Shown in pieces: positions 39,201 to 51,284 of a stretch of 64,000 bases of DNA. The notes under the pieces are model-generated. The model made no database searches. It was not told the DNA's origin and saw only the letters and a program-made list of their open reading frames with translations. Position 1 is the stretch's first letter. The number at the start of each line of letters is the position of its first letter. The stretch is taken from NCBI RefSeq assembly GCF_018977255.1, contig NW_024704743.1:61382001-61446000 (forward strand), read 5' to 3'. This DNA is from Callorhinchus milii. Taxonomy: Eukaryota. A program made the translations under genes and the position numbers.

Positions 39201-39744
39201 TATTATTGTTGTCTGGTGATCAAGAGAGAACAGAGTGGTATAACTATGTGTGGGTGGAGGGGTACGTTCACATAATAATGTTAACCAAGATATGAAGTTA
39301 ACTTATAATTATGACTGAACTCTGGTTATAGCCTTGAATCCACTCCAGGGTATTTTATATAATATTTATTCTGAATTCAATGGATTGATATTTTTTCAGT
39401 TCTGCTTTTATTTCTAATATTTTTATTCCAGCAATAGTTCTCATGAAAGGATTGACAGTAGATGAATGTACCACTCCATGTGGCTATACATTATAATGTA
39501 TAACATTGATATATAATTATATATTATTATATCTATTATATAAGTATATGTTATATCTTTAACAGCCACCTGAACAGGCAGAATATATTACATTCTTCCT
39601 GTTTAGGTGGATGTTAAAGATCCCATGACACTATTCGAAAGAAGAAAAACCTTACTTGCAGTGTCCTGGCCAACAATCCCCAAATAAGATTGATCATTCA
39701 CTCCATGGCTGCCGCCTTTCACCCACAAAATACCCAGTTAATCC

Positions 39745-40268
39745 ACTTTACACACAGCAATATCGCACAAACAGCTATGAAGTGAATGAACGTGCTTTTG
39801 TTTATTTGAGGGATTGTTGGCCAGGACACTGGAAGAAACGCCTTTCTCTTTTCAAATAGTACCATAGGATCTTTAATGTCCACCTGAACAGGCAGATGGG
39901 ACCTCAGATTTACATCTCATTTGCATCTCCCAACAATCAATATCCTCCTGCACCGGATTGACTGGATTGGAGTGTCATCGGAGACTATATCAGTTCTATA
40001 CTCTGATGTGGGGCTTGATTCCACAGCCACCGCTTCAGAGGTGAGAGTGCTACCTCTGAGCCACCCCTCAAAGGTGAGAGTGCTACCATTGAGCCACCCC
40101 TCAAAGGTGAGAGTGCTACCATTGAGCCATCCCTCAAAGGTGAGAGTGCTACCATTGAGCCACCCTCCGAGGTGAGAGTGCTACCTCTGAGCCACCCCTC
40201 AAAGGTGAGAGTGCTATCATTGAGCCACCCCTCAAAGGTGAGAGTGCTACCACTGAGCCAGGCTGACA
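39745..40268 (-). mobile_element. Type B SINE whose A-box region is tandemly amplified; abuts an inverted partial copy at about 39600-39745 (+)
   Basis: Body ggatctttaatgtccacctgaacaggcagatggg; head ends ctgagccaggctgaca (40268). Confidence 0.8.
40037..40268. repeat. Minisatellite, 7 x 33 bp (AAAGGTGAGAGTGCTACCATTGAGCCACCCCTC)
   Basis: Units start at 40037, 40070, 40103, 40136, 40168, 40201 and 40234. Confidence 0.95.
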
Positions 40269-40346
40269 TACAATATAATATTATATTAAAATGCTACAGT
40301 GGTACTACTATGATGTTTCCTGAACCTAATCCATAACATAATTTGT

Positions 40347-40642
40347 GGAGTCCTGTAGCTCAGTGGTTAGAGCACTCGCTTTGCAAGTGAGAGACCTGAG
40401 CTAATCAGGTGTTAGACTCAAATGCAGGCTGTGCTGGGCACAGTATAGCAAAGCAAAGTTCATTGAATATTTGCTTTCTCAGATGCACTGTTTCGTAATT
40501 AGAATCAGACGCTTGAATGCTCACAACTGTTTTGTTCATTCCCTAATCTTCAGGAACACAGTGTGTTCTGTGAAGCGCTTTGGGACGTCCTCCCGACGTG
40601 AAAAGCGCTATATCAAATGCAAGGATTATTATTATTATTATT
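40347..40642 (+). mobile_element. Type A SINE with its middle replaced by an inverted copy of 41006-41145
   Basis: Head 40347-40400 and tail about 40558-40642 are intact; 40412-40551 is the reverse complement of 41006-41145. Confidence 0.9.
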
Positions 40643-41696
40643 AACATGGATGATGGCAAAAAATGATACAGTTTTGCAGAGGAAATTTAAAGATTGACAG
40701 CAGAGAGGTAATAAGCATTCCGAGAAGCTGCCTGTTGAAGGGTGCTATATAAAGGCAAGCTGTTGTTGGGGAACTTGGGGGGACAGAGCTGTGCATATTG
40801 TTTTCTGGGTTTTCACAACAATAATTAAGGCTGAGATTTGTAGGATTCAATAAGGCATCTTTTGTGATAGTTATAAGATGCGATCAGCTTTTTGACAATA
40901 TCAAACATTACCACACAGTTTATTAATCCACTACTTATCCCGGTAGCTAGTTTGACTCTGAACTTTTAAACTTTTACATAATTCCTTAAAATTAAAATTT
41001 TAAAGGAAGATTAGGGAATGAACAAAACAGTTGTGAGCATTCAAGCATCTGATTCTAATTACGAAACAGTGCATCTGAGAAAGCAAATATTCAATGAACT
41101 TTGCTTTGCTATACTGTGCCCAGCACAGCCTGCATTTGAGTCTAATTGGCAGTGTAGCCGTTACATATTACAGAGTGCTCTGGAGAGACAAAGATGGAAT
41201 GTAGGCTGACAAGTGTCTTTGCATCAATTTGTAATTTCCATTTTCAGGTTTGCAGCAGTGGTACTAATATTAATGTGTGTCAGTAAATGTGCAGAAATGT
41301 CAGTAGTACAATTAAAGGGATCAGTCTAAAATTGCACATTTCAGTACTGATCTGAGCTCAGCAGGAGCTTCAAATTTGCCTTGATACAAATGAATAAAAC
41401 CATTCCATAATCAGTCTGCCAAGCAATGTACCTGGATTTGGATTAAATTTGAATACAAATCTTCTAAAGAATATAAGAGTCTTGCATTTTCATAGCCCCT
41501 TATCACCTAGAAATGTCTCAAAGCCACTCACTAGTAATTATTGTCAAGTGAATGTTCTGTAAGTAAACACAGTAGCATTTGTGTCAACACAGTCCCACAT
41601 CCATGAAGTGAACATTCAATTAATCTTAAAGATTATTATCCAGGATATGCATAGAAACTCCTCTTTTCAAATAGTGTCAAAGGATCTTTAACACTC

Positions 41697-42110
41697 AACA
41701 ATAACTTGCATTTATATAACGCCTTTCATATAAGGTCAGGTCCCAAAGCACTAACAGAGATAGTGGTTGATGCTAAGGAGGGAAGGTGAGACAGGGATTG
41801 GAGCAAAATAATCGTAGACATAATTGAAGTGGTAGGTTGGAGGAGGCTTATTAAAACAGATAGAGATGGGCAAGGCGCAGGGATTCGGGAAGGGAGTTTC
41901 ATAGGGTAGGAGCATAGTGTCTGAAGGCTGAATACATGCTTTTTAGATGTCATCAATGGGTGGAGGGGGTGAGGAACATGTAGCATACAACAGTTCCCAA
42001 TGGGATACCATGGATCCTGGTAAGGAAAGGGATGAAAATGAGCGTGAGTGAGGATGCGAGGATTCTGTGTGTAATACAGAGGGATTCCATGGACAAAACA
42101 CTGTTTACAA
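41697..42110 (-). mobile_element. Highly decayed L2-type 3' fragment
   Basis: Tail-like aacttgcatttatataacgcctttca followed by purine-rich antisense ORF2-like sequence. Confidence 0.55.
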
Positions 42111-42249
42111 TGTGGGTACATTTGCTGCGGCTATTCAGCAGTTATGCCTTTACATTTCAGATTCCAACGTCACTGAATCCTATACTCTGCTTGGGTTTGA
42201 TTTGGTTGAATTCCATTAACAAACTACTCAAAGGCATACTTCTCTCTTG

Positions 42250-42440
42250 CATTTGATATCATGTCTTCGAGACATCTCAAAGCTCTTCACAGAATATACT
42301 GTAAAGTGAATTGACTGTACATTTTGTGGGTGAAGTGCGGCAGCCAATTGCACATAGCAGTGTCCCATAAACAATCGTGGATTGAGTGACCAAATTATTA
42401 TTTTTTTAAAATATATTTTGTTTTGAAGGGATTATTACCC
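42250..42440 (-). mobile_element. Type A SINE 3' half
   Basis: Deu core and tail. Similar 3' halves at about 57040-57240 (+), 62392-62577 (+) and 12655-12838 (+). Confidence 0.8.
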
Positions 42441-43492
42441 CCAGAAAACAACCTGCCAATCGACTAACAACTGAGTTCCTCACCCCCCCAGAAAGTAAAC
42501 AAAATGGAATTTACCTGCTCTGAGCTACAGGAGGATTATGGTCTTGTATTTTCAGAACCAGAAAACTATTTGATCAAAGGCATCTCCCCCCCAACTCCAT
42601 CTTCCCATCTTTCGATCTCTTCACAAAGGAGATTTTATTTCCCTTATCTTTGTCTTGCACACACTGATATGTCAGCAAACACAGCAGCCAATTTAGTATG
42701 CAGAGCAGTAAGCAGCTTCTGCTCAGGCACTGCAATTCCAACTGGTGTTCTACTCAATGGGTAGAAATATATGTCTGAACTGTAGGCAGGATGGTGGTGG
42801 TAATGCTTTCGCACATTTTTTGAGTTGTGCTCTTCAACATGAAGCTCACAGGGAGTTTCTGGTATCTGCCATCTACCTAGTGAGCACTGAAATCCACGCT
42901 TGTTGGATGTCAAATAATAATATTCCTTACATTTGATATAGCGCCTTTCACATCAGGAGGATGTCTCAAAGTGCTTCACTGGATATACTGGAGTAACTGT
43001 ATATTTTGTGGGCGGAAGTAAACCAATTTGCACACCAGCACGGTCCCACAAACAGCCATGAAGTGAAGCACTTATTTTATCTGGAGAATTGTTAGCCAGG
43101 ACACCTAGAGAAACTCTTCTGTTCTCAAATAATGCCTTGGGATTCTTTAACATCTGCAGATGGGATTGAGGTTTAACATGTCATCCGAAGGACACCACCT
43201 CCAACAGTATAGCACACCACCAGCACTGCACTGGAGTGTCAGCTTAGGCTACATGGGTTCCAAGTTCTGATGAGAGATGACTAACTATCCTTTTCAAGGG
43301 TGAGATAAATGGGGTCTCCTCGGATTTGAACTGGCTTGTACATGACATGTCATCAGCAGGATTAGGTAAGCATGAATTATCTCCCTTCAGGAGGATAGGA
43401 AGACAGTGTGCATTCCTTTGCAGACACATGGACAAAATTTATTGCATAGTTGCCATGCATATGTGGATTCCGAAATGTGTCAGACACCCGGC

Positions 43493-43747
43493 TTTGCATT
43501 TGATGTAGCCCTTTTCACATCTTCTAGACATCACAAAGCGCTTCACAGAATGGACTGTAAAGTGAATTGACTGTCTCAATTTGTCTCTCACAAATAGTCA
43601 TGGATTGAGTGACCAAATTATTATTGTTTTTTTCTTATTATTATCAGGTGTGTGGAGTAAGGAAAGTTGCCCAAGGTTTTGCCCTGCTGGGAATCGAACC
43701 CAGGTCTCTCGCTTGCGAGGCGAGCACTCTAACCACTGAGCTACAGG
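43493..43747 (-). mobile_element. Type A SINE, internally shortened
   Basis: Reverse complement of the head (aatcgaacccaggtctctcgcttgcgaggcgagcactctaaccactgagctacagg) and tail. Confidence 0.88.
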
Positions 43748-45313
43748 TTTAGACTTATTTAGTAAATGTGTCAATTGTCCAAAGACTATATAATACACAG
43801 ATAAAACTAGGTAATCGGCAACAACTGTACATGGCGGAAGAACTCGCAACTTCTATTCCTGGAGTGGATTTGGACTGGGGAGCTATGATTAAAAGGAAAG
43901 CGAGCCGGTACAAACTGCCTGTAAACCTTCAATCAGTAGTAAGCAGGAGAATAGAATACTGTGCTGGGCAGGTAATTTAATATCAAAAAAGATTAAACTG
44001 ATTTGGGGCAAACATCAGTGAAAATCAGATGAATTTAATGTTATCATGATCCAAACACACAATCTGAAAGCTGCAGGCTTACAGAATTTTGTTAGAAAGA
44101 AAGAAAAAATGGAAGGTGCATAGCTGTGCAAGCCAATACATGGGAAATGTTAGAAGAGGATCCATAGGACCATAGGAATATTCTACTAGATCACGGCTGA
44201 TCTTACCTCAACTTCATCAATCCTCCTTTCAAAAGTAAAATAGATGGTAAGAACTATGATTTACTTTTACTTCATGTTATATATTTTTTACTTCTGTTCA
44301 CAATCCCTCTACCTTGTTACGCTGTGCGAAGCTGGGTGTACATTGATCAAAGTCCTGTTGCATGCATAGCTCCTATCACTTTATGATTCTTGCAGAGTGA
44401 AACATAAAGGCAACAAGGAAATTAGCTTGTATTTTGGAGTACAAGTACTTTGTTCACAAACCACTTAGAATCCATTGATGCAACCTACTTTCATTCAGTA
44501 ATAATCACAACTATATTTAAAGTCGGGTTGCTCATTATGCTAACAATAAATCATAATCCTTGCTTTTGATATAATGCCTTTCACTTCTGGAGGATGTCTC
44601 AATGCACTTCACTCAATTTATTGTAAAGTGTAGTAGGTGAATGTGGAAGCCAAGAAACCAAAGGCCAAAGTAGTAGCCACACTAATCTCACACACTGACA
44701 ATTCGGAAGTCAGAGTGGGAATGGAAGAAGAATGAGTCAACTGTAGTTTCTCATACTGGTTCAAAGTGCCCCGTTAATACTGCCCAAATATGAAGGTATA
44801 TCTGGGATGTATAGTGGACATAGTGCAGTTTGTGGAACATTGCTGTGTGCAACTGGCTGTCTCAAAATACAATCAATTCACTTTACACTATATCCTGTGC
44901 TACAATCTGTGGTCCTGAAGTTCAAGTTTAAAAGTCGAAGCTTTGCCTAAAAAGCATCTTTTAACTTCTTCCACGTATAAAGTCATCAGTACAGAAAAAT
45001 GTCACCTGCATGCCATCTCCATTCAAAAGTAATGTATGGCAAGGGATTACCTAAGAAGCAGAAAATAAAACTAAATCCCGTATGAACGTGATATTCTTTT
45101 GCTTTCATTATTCATCCATCAAACAAATAGTACAATGTTTGTCCCTTGTTAAGTGCAATCCATAAGTGAACAAGGAATTAATCATTACAGTACGTGTGCA
45201 TACAGTGATTGCCAATTCAAATATTTCCGTCACAGGGTCAGTAATTGTATGCTGTAGTCTAGTGTTGTCAACTTAACTCTTCTTTATATTTGAGTTCAGT
45301 TGGTATTAACAAA

Positions 45314-46136
45314 ATAATAATCCTTGCATTTGATATAGTGCCCTATCATGTTGTTGAGACATCTCAAAGCGCTTCACAGGATATACTGTAAAGTGGATTG
45401 ACTGTATATTTTGTGGATGAAACGCGACAACCAATTATACTGTTTGTGAGACAACAATATCTCACAAACAGCCATGGAGTGAACAATCAATTTTATTTGG
45501 AGGTTAGAAAGATGTTTCTCCTGCTAATTGCCAGGAGAAACATCTTTCTTACCTCCAAATAAAATTGGCAGGAGAAACTCTTCTCTTTTTGAATAGTGCC
45601 GTGGGATCTTTAATGTTCACCTGAACTGGCAGATGAGACTTTAATAATAATAATAATCCTTGCATTTGATATAGCGCTTTTCACGTCGGGAGGATGTCCC
45701 AAAGCGCTTCACAGAACATACTGTAAAGTGAATTGACTGTATATTTGTGGGTGAACGCGGCAGCCAATTGCGCACAGCAATGTCCCACAAACAGTCGTAG
45801 ATTGAAAATGACCAATTTAATTATTGTTTTTGGTTTTTGGAGGGATTATTATTAGGTGTGTGGAGTAAGGAAACTTGCCCAAGGTTTCGTCCTGCCTGGA
45901 ATTGAACCCAGGTCTCTCACTTGCAAAGCGAGTGCTCTAACCACTGAGCTACAGGACTCCACTTTGGTTTAACATCTCACCTGAAGGACGGCACCTTCGA
46001 CAATGCAACAGCCCCCAGCACTGCATTGAATTGGGGTCTCACCTTAGACTATGCGATTCCAAGTCCCGACATGGGGCTTGAATCCATAACCTTCTGACTC
46101 AGAGGTGAGAGTTCTACTACTGAGCTAAGCTGCCAC
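45314..46136 (-). mobile_element. Type B SINE, full length, split by a nested type A SINE and an 80-bp hairpin
   Basis: Tail at 45314, body to 45642, resumes at 45961, head ends ...ccttctgactcagaggtgagagttctactactgagctaagctgccac. Confidence 0.85.
45643..45960 (-). mobile_element. Full-length young type A SINE nested in a type B SINE; TSD ACTTT
   Basis: Complete from head to (ATT)n tail. ACTTT at 45638-45642 and 45961-45965. Confidence 0.92.
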
Positions 46137-46188
46137 CTTATATTACAATTTTCATCCCATGTATAAGGCTCAGGCTCTCCTGTTGGCT

Positions 46189-46312
46189 CAGTTGGTACAA
46201 CCACAATTTAGTGCATAACTGAGCAACGCAGTTGGTACAACCACAATTTAGTGCCTAACTGAGCAATGCAGTTGGTACAACCACAATTTAGTGCATAACT
46301 GAGCAATGCAGT
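46189..46312. repeat. Tandem repeat, 3 x 40 bp (CAGTTGGTACAACCACAATTTAGTGCATAACTGAGCAATG)
   Basis: Units start at 46189, 46229 and 46269, with 1-2 substitutions between them. Confidence 0.95.
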
Positions 46313-48880
46313 CTAAGTATGTTTTACATTTAATCCATGGTGCTTTAGTGCCGGTAAAAGAGCCTTAGGATGTAAAGCCCTCCAGAAAAACTCATGTACA
46401 GCATACTGACCAACAAGAACTTTACTCTGAAAAGATCTCAGGTTGGAGTCAAGTTCATGCGGATCAGCATTGAGTTCCTTGCAAGAAGTGCAATTTACTT
46501 CTTGAGGAACTTTTTCCAGTGTTGATATACTTGTTAAAGCTGTCGCTTTATGATGTGGGGATTCTGTCCAAGACCTACACTGGTAAAGTCACACAAAACT
46601 TTATTTATCAGTCTCATGATTGGGCAGGGCAATTTCTGAAATCACTGCCCCATTAAAAATGCAACATCAATTGGTGCAAACACTAGTATTTATGGGGAAG
46701 CAAACACATTGCAAGTGGATGGCCTTCGCCAAGTAGCAGAACGTAAGGGCCTAAAGAATGTGATGTGACTTTCCACAAATCAAACACAAAAGCCTTTAAG
46801 AAGGCACTATCGGATTCAGATTTGGGAGTTATTCTTTGTTGCATAATTGGTATGCGTCAGTGAATTAGAGTCAGCCAAGGCTACAGCATGAATGTTATTT
46901 TTTCTCAAAAAAAATGGTTGAAAGGATCAACACATCAGAGCAGTGTCACAGCTGATTTGATTTTTAAATTTAATTGCAGCAATGCTCCACTGTAGTTTCT
47001 AGTGACTGCAAATGTTTATGAAACCAAATCTAGGAATGCAAATTTATAGCACGGTATTCAAAAATCCTTCAACAAAGACTTATAGTTTCAGATTGTTTTA
47101 ATATTAAAACAAGGTGACAAGGCAGCAAAACAGCGGCCTTTAAAAAAAATATTTGCAGTGATCATGTAATGAAATACAGATTCTATTAGCTATCTATTCT
47201 GTCCCATCTCAATCAGAACTGCGCTATAGTAAAGAGCAGTCTGAATTGCAGAAGATTTGATCTGTTTAATTTATACTGTGCTACACACAACTACGTTCAA
47301 ATGAAGCTCTCAGGTTTGGTTCATTAAATGCATTGATTGCGCACTGGTTTTCAATGGGTTAGAGCTACATTTCCATGCATGCATTGCGCTATTGCTGTAT
47401 AACGTGCTATTAGGGCAGAAGCAGGCTTTTAGCAGAGACTGTTATTAATGTCATTCAGCAGACGAGAGTGTGACATGCTGGCAGAGCGATGACATCTGTC
47501 TCTTGTGATGGGACCCGGATGATCCTGCAGTGAATTTAGATCATTTATACCAGGCTTCTCAAAGGCGAGCTATAGATTGAGTCTGGGAGCTGATATAACA
47601 ATGGAAGGTTTCGAATGACAAGGTCCTTTGCAGTGAGTTAAAGCCCTGATGTGTTGACCACACTGCAATATGTTGCCACCCTTTTGCTGGCAATGACTTT
47701 TTTTTATGAAATTGTTTGAGCCACCTCCTGTAACCTGTAGTGTATTAATTCCACTAAGCTATTCAGAGGATACTATTGCAACTAAAATAGTCGGTTTCTT
47801 CTTTCTAGTTTCCGCTCCAAACTCATTTCTTATTGGTTTTATTATTCCCCCGGTCCTGGTTCAACAAGAAAGCTGTGATGGGTTGACACACAATCCTCGT
47901 GGATGTCACCACGGTCAGTCGATTATCAGACAAAAGATGTGCTAATTCTTTCCTCTAAGTTCTCTCCCTCCTCTCTTGGGATAAGAGATTCAATTCCATC
48001 TGGGTTTAGACTTACGTTAAGTTCTTAGCGTTTCAGATTAGTGTAGAATTTGGCAAGTTTTAAAATACAGTTTTAATTTTGAAGCTGGTTGTCTGTACGT
48101 TCTTTTAAGAAAAAAGAACAATTATTTTCAAAGTTAGGATGGAATTTAAGAATTTGCCAAATTTTGCCCATTCTGAAAAGCTAAGAAAATAATGTAAAGT
48201 TGAGACCCAGTTGGAATATTAACCCCAGAATGGAGGCTTCCGATAGCTCTCCCAAGTGGCCATTATATATTATCCTGAATAATGGTTCTTGTCAAATCCT
48301 GGATTGTGATTCTTGGGCTAGTCCAGTCTGTCCTCAGTTGCTGTCCCCAAACATGTGCTTTCCAATCAGGATCTTTAGATCAGAAGCAGGAACTCTGGCT
48401 GATTTTTCAATTCCTATCCTGGGGTGCTGAAACCAATTAAGTATTTAATTTATATTTAAATTAAATTGAATTTAAATTCTTAATTAAAATTAGTTTCAGT
48501 CCCGGAATAAGTGCACCCCAACTGTTACCCAGCAGAGATCAATAAAATCAGCACAAGATGGCAGGAAAGCCCAATTTGTAAACCCTTCTTGTCTAAATGG
48601 CCAAGTGTTTACACAAGATGGTGCTTTTGGTCAGCCAGGCCTTCAGGGATCTCCGAGGTTGAGGGGGAAGGAACACTCCAACCATTTAGGTGGACATAAA
48701 ATGCTCTGGTGGTATGATGCTAAGTCTCCTGGGTCAACTAAGAACTGATTCCATTGTTCTAATAAAATTGGCTGAGTTAGAGTGACAGCCAGTGTAATGA
48801 TATTCCTGAACTTCTAAAGCATTCCATCATTTTTCAGTTAGAGTGATAGAGCTGAAAGAAAATAACAAACTGGCTGTACG

Positions 48881-50137
48881 TTTGTTAACAAATCTAATAG
48901 AATTTTTCGATGAGGTAACGGAGAGGGTGGATGAAGGTAGTGCAGTTGACATAGTTTATATGGACTTCCAAAAGGCATTTGACAAAGTGCCACATAAAAG
49001 ACTTGTAAGAAAAATAGAAGCCCATGGTATAAAAGGGACAGTGGCAGCATGGATCCAGAACTGGCTGGGAGACAGAAAGCAGAGCGTTGTGGTGAACAAT
49101 GGCTTTTCTGACTGGAGGGAAATGTACAGTGGCGTCCCCCAAGGATCGGTATTGAGACCACTGCTCTTCTTAATATATATAAATGATCTGGACTTGGGTA
49201 TAGCAAGTACCATTTCCAAGATTGCGGATGTCACAAAGTTAGGTAGGGTATCAAACAGTGAGAAGGATAGCAGCCAACTGCAGGAAGACATAAACAGAAT
49301 GGTAAAATGGGCAGACACATGGCAGATGAATTTCAATGTGGAGAAATGCGAGGTAATGCATTTTGTAAAAAAGAATGAGGGGAGGCAATATAGGCTGGTA
49401 ATACAATCTTAAGGGGGGATGAAGAAACAGAGAGACCTGGGGGTTCAGGTAAATCAATCCTTGAAGGTGGCAGGACAGGTAGATAAAGCTGTAAAAAGAG
49501 CATATGGGATACTAGGCTTTATAAATAGGGGCATAGAGTACAAGAGTCAGGAGGTTATGATTAACCTATATGAAACACTGGTTAGACCTCAGTTAGAATA
49601 CTGCGCCCAGTTCTGGGCACCACACTATAGGAAGGATGTTAAGGCATTGGAAAAGGTGCAGAGGAGATTTACGAGGATGGCACCAGGAATGAGGGACCTT
49701 GATTATGAAGAAAGGCTAGAGAGGCCGGGATTATTCTCATTGGAGCAGAGAAGGTTACGAGGAGACCTAATAGAGGTCTTCAAAATCATGAGGGGATTTG
49801 ATAGGTTAGAAAGGGAAAAACTGTTTCAACTGTTGGGTGTGTCGGTGACTCGAGGTTACAGATTCAAAATAGTCTCTAAAAGAAGCAGAGAAGAGGTGAG
49901 AAGAATTTTTTTTCATGCAGCAAGTTGTTCGAATTTGGAACGCATTGCCTGAAAGGGTGGTCAAGGTCGATTTGATAACAACTTTTAATAACGCGGTGGA
50001 CGGGTATTTGAGGAGGACAGGTTTGCAGGGTTATGGGGAAAGGGCTGGGGAGTGGGATTGACATTACATTGCTCTTCTCAAAGAGCCGGCACAGATGGGC
50101 CGAATGGCCTCTTTTTGTGCTGTACGATTCTATGATT
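48881..50137 (+). mobile_element. CR1-clade LINE, 5'-truncated RT plus 3' UTR
   Basis: LTNLIEFFDEVT..VDIVYMDFQKAFDKVPH, GVPQGSVL.PLLFLIYINDL, IADVTK (decayed FADD), LVRPQLEYCAQFWAP, RRLRGDLIEVFK. Typical end ggccgaatggcct...ctgtacgattctatgatt. Confidence 0.92.
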
Positions 50138-51284
50138 TGTAGAAATGCTTCATATTCAATCTATATTGGAGTTGAAAAGGTGTTCTTCAGAAAACCGGCA
50201 GCTCCTCAATGCTATGAGAAGTACCCCTGTTGCAAACTGCAACTGTGAAACCCATCTATATGGTGCCTTGTGACACCTCAGCTTTGACCAGTGATTGCCT
50301 TAGAGATGTGATCTCATGAACTGGCATGACATATATGGGGTTTCCTGTTGAAGATACACTTTATGCTGTGAGGAGCTTTTTTTCTGGTGGCGAGGAGCCA
50401 GTAATTTCATGTCTTTCTTGGGCAGTGCTTTTGCACCCCTTTTGTGATTTTCCCTAAAAAGCCCCAGTATAAAGCCTCAGTGATCCAGCATAACATTGAA
50501 GGAATACACATTTGATTAATGCTGGCAAAAGCATCTTCACCTTTTGGGATTGACTCGTTAAAAAGTTTTCCTTAAAAAGTTCCACCTAATCTAAGTTGTA
50601 AGATTATTGTCTTAAAATTCAATATTTTGCAGAATGCTGGAAAATTCTTCAACTTAGTTTTAATTTGGATGCTAGCATTTACAAAATAAATGCTAAAAAA
50701 CCTTCCTGATTCATCTTGTTACCAATGTGGGCAGGTTCTGATATCTGGGACAGCCTGAACTTACCCATGCTGCTTCCAATGCCAACTACATCTCACTGGT
50801 ACACTGCTGTGCACAAGTGTGATAGTGTTGACACTCAGACTATTTATTGGCAGCTATTTTCTTAGATGACATTTGAGAATTTCAACTAGAAAACAGTTGG
50901 ATCACACTTGGAATTACACATCAACAAGAAAATATCAGATGCAGGAAGTGTCATGTTGTTGTGCATAAGCTTTCAGAAGTGAGCTGGGGTTGGAAGTGAG
51001 TTGCGTGTTGTGTCATACACAAGAGAGACAGATAACACAGAGGAACTTGGGCTGGGTTCTGGAAGACTTGACACAACAACAGGACACTCTCTGGAGATTG
51101 TTTTGTCAGTGACAGAGAGTTTAAGGTCTTGTTTAAGAGGTGTGATTCCTAAAGTGCTTTTGTTGGTGCAAGTGACCCTGAAATCATGTTAGCTCTGTAG
51201 TCTTGAAACACAGCACCTGCTGACCATTTTGTTTTGCTTTTTTTTAAATAAAACAATTATTGTGCCCAAATATTTTTCAATTTT

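Noticed and set aside
40037..40268. 33-bp direct repeats as a CRISPR array
   Set aside because: The units are contiguous with no unique spacers, the sequence is a SINE head, the context is a eukaryotic intron and there are no cas genes.
48843..49952. Active CR1 element
   Set aside because: It is truncated and frameshifted, and FADD has decayed to IADV.
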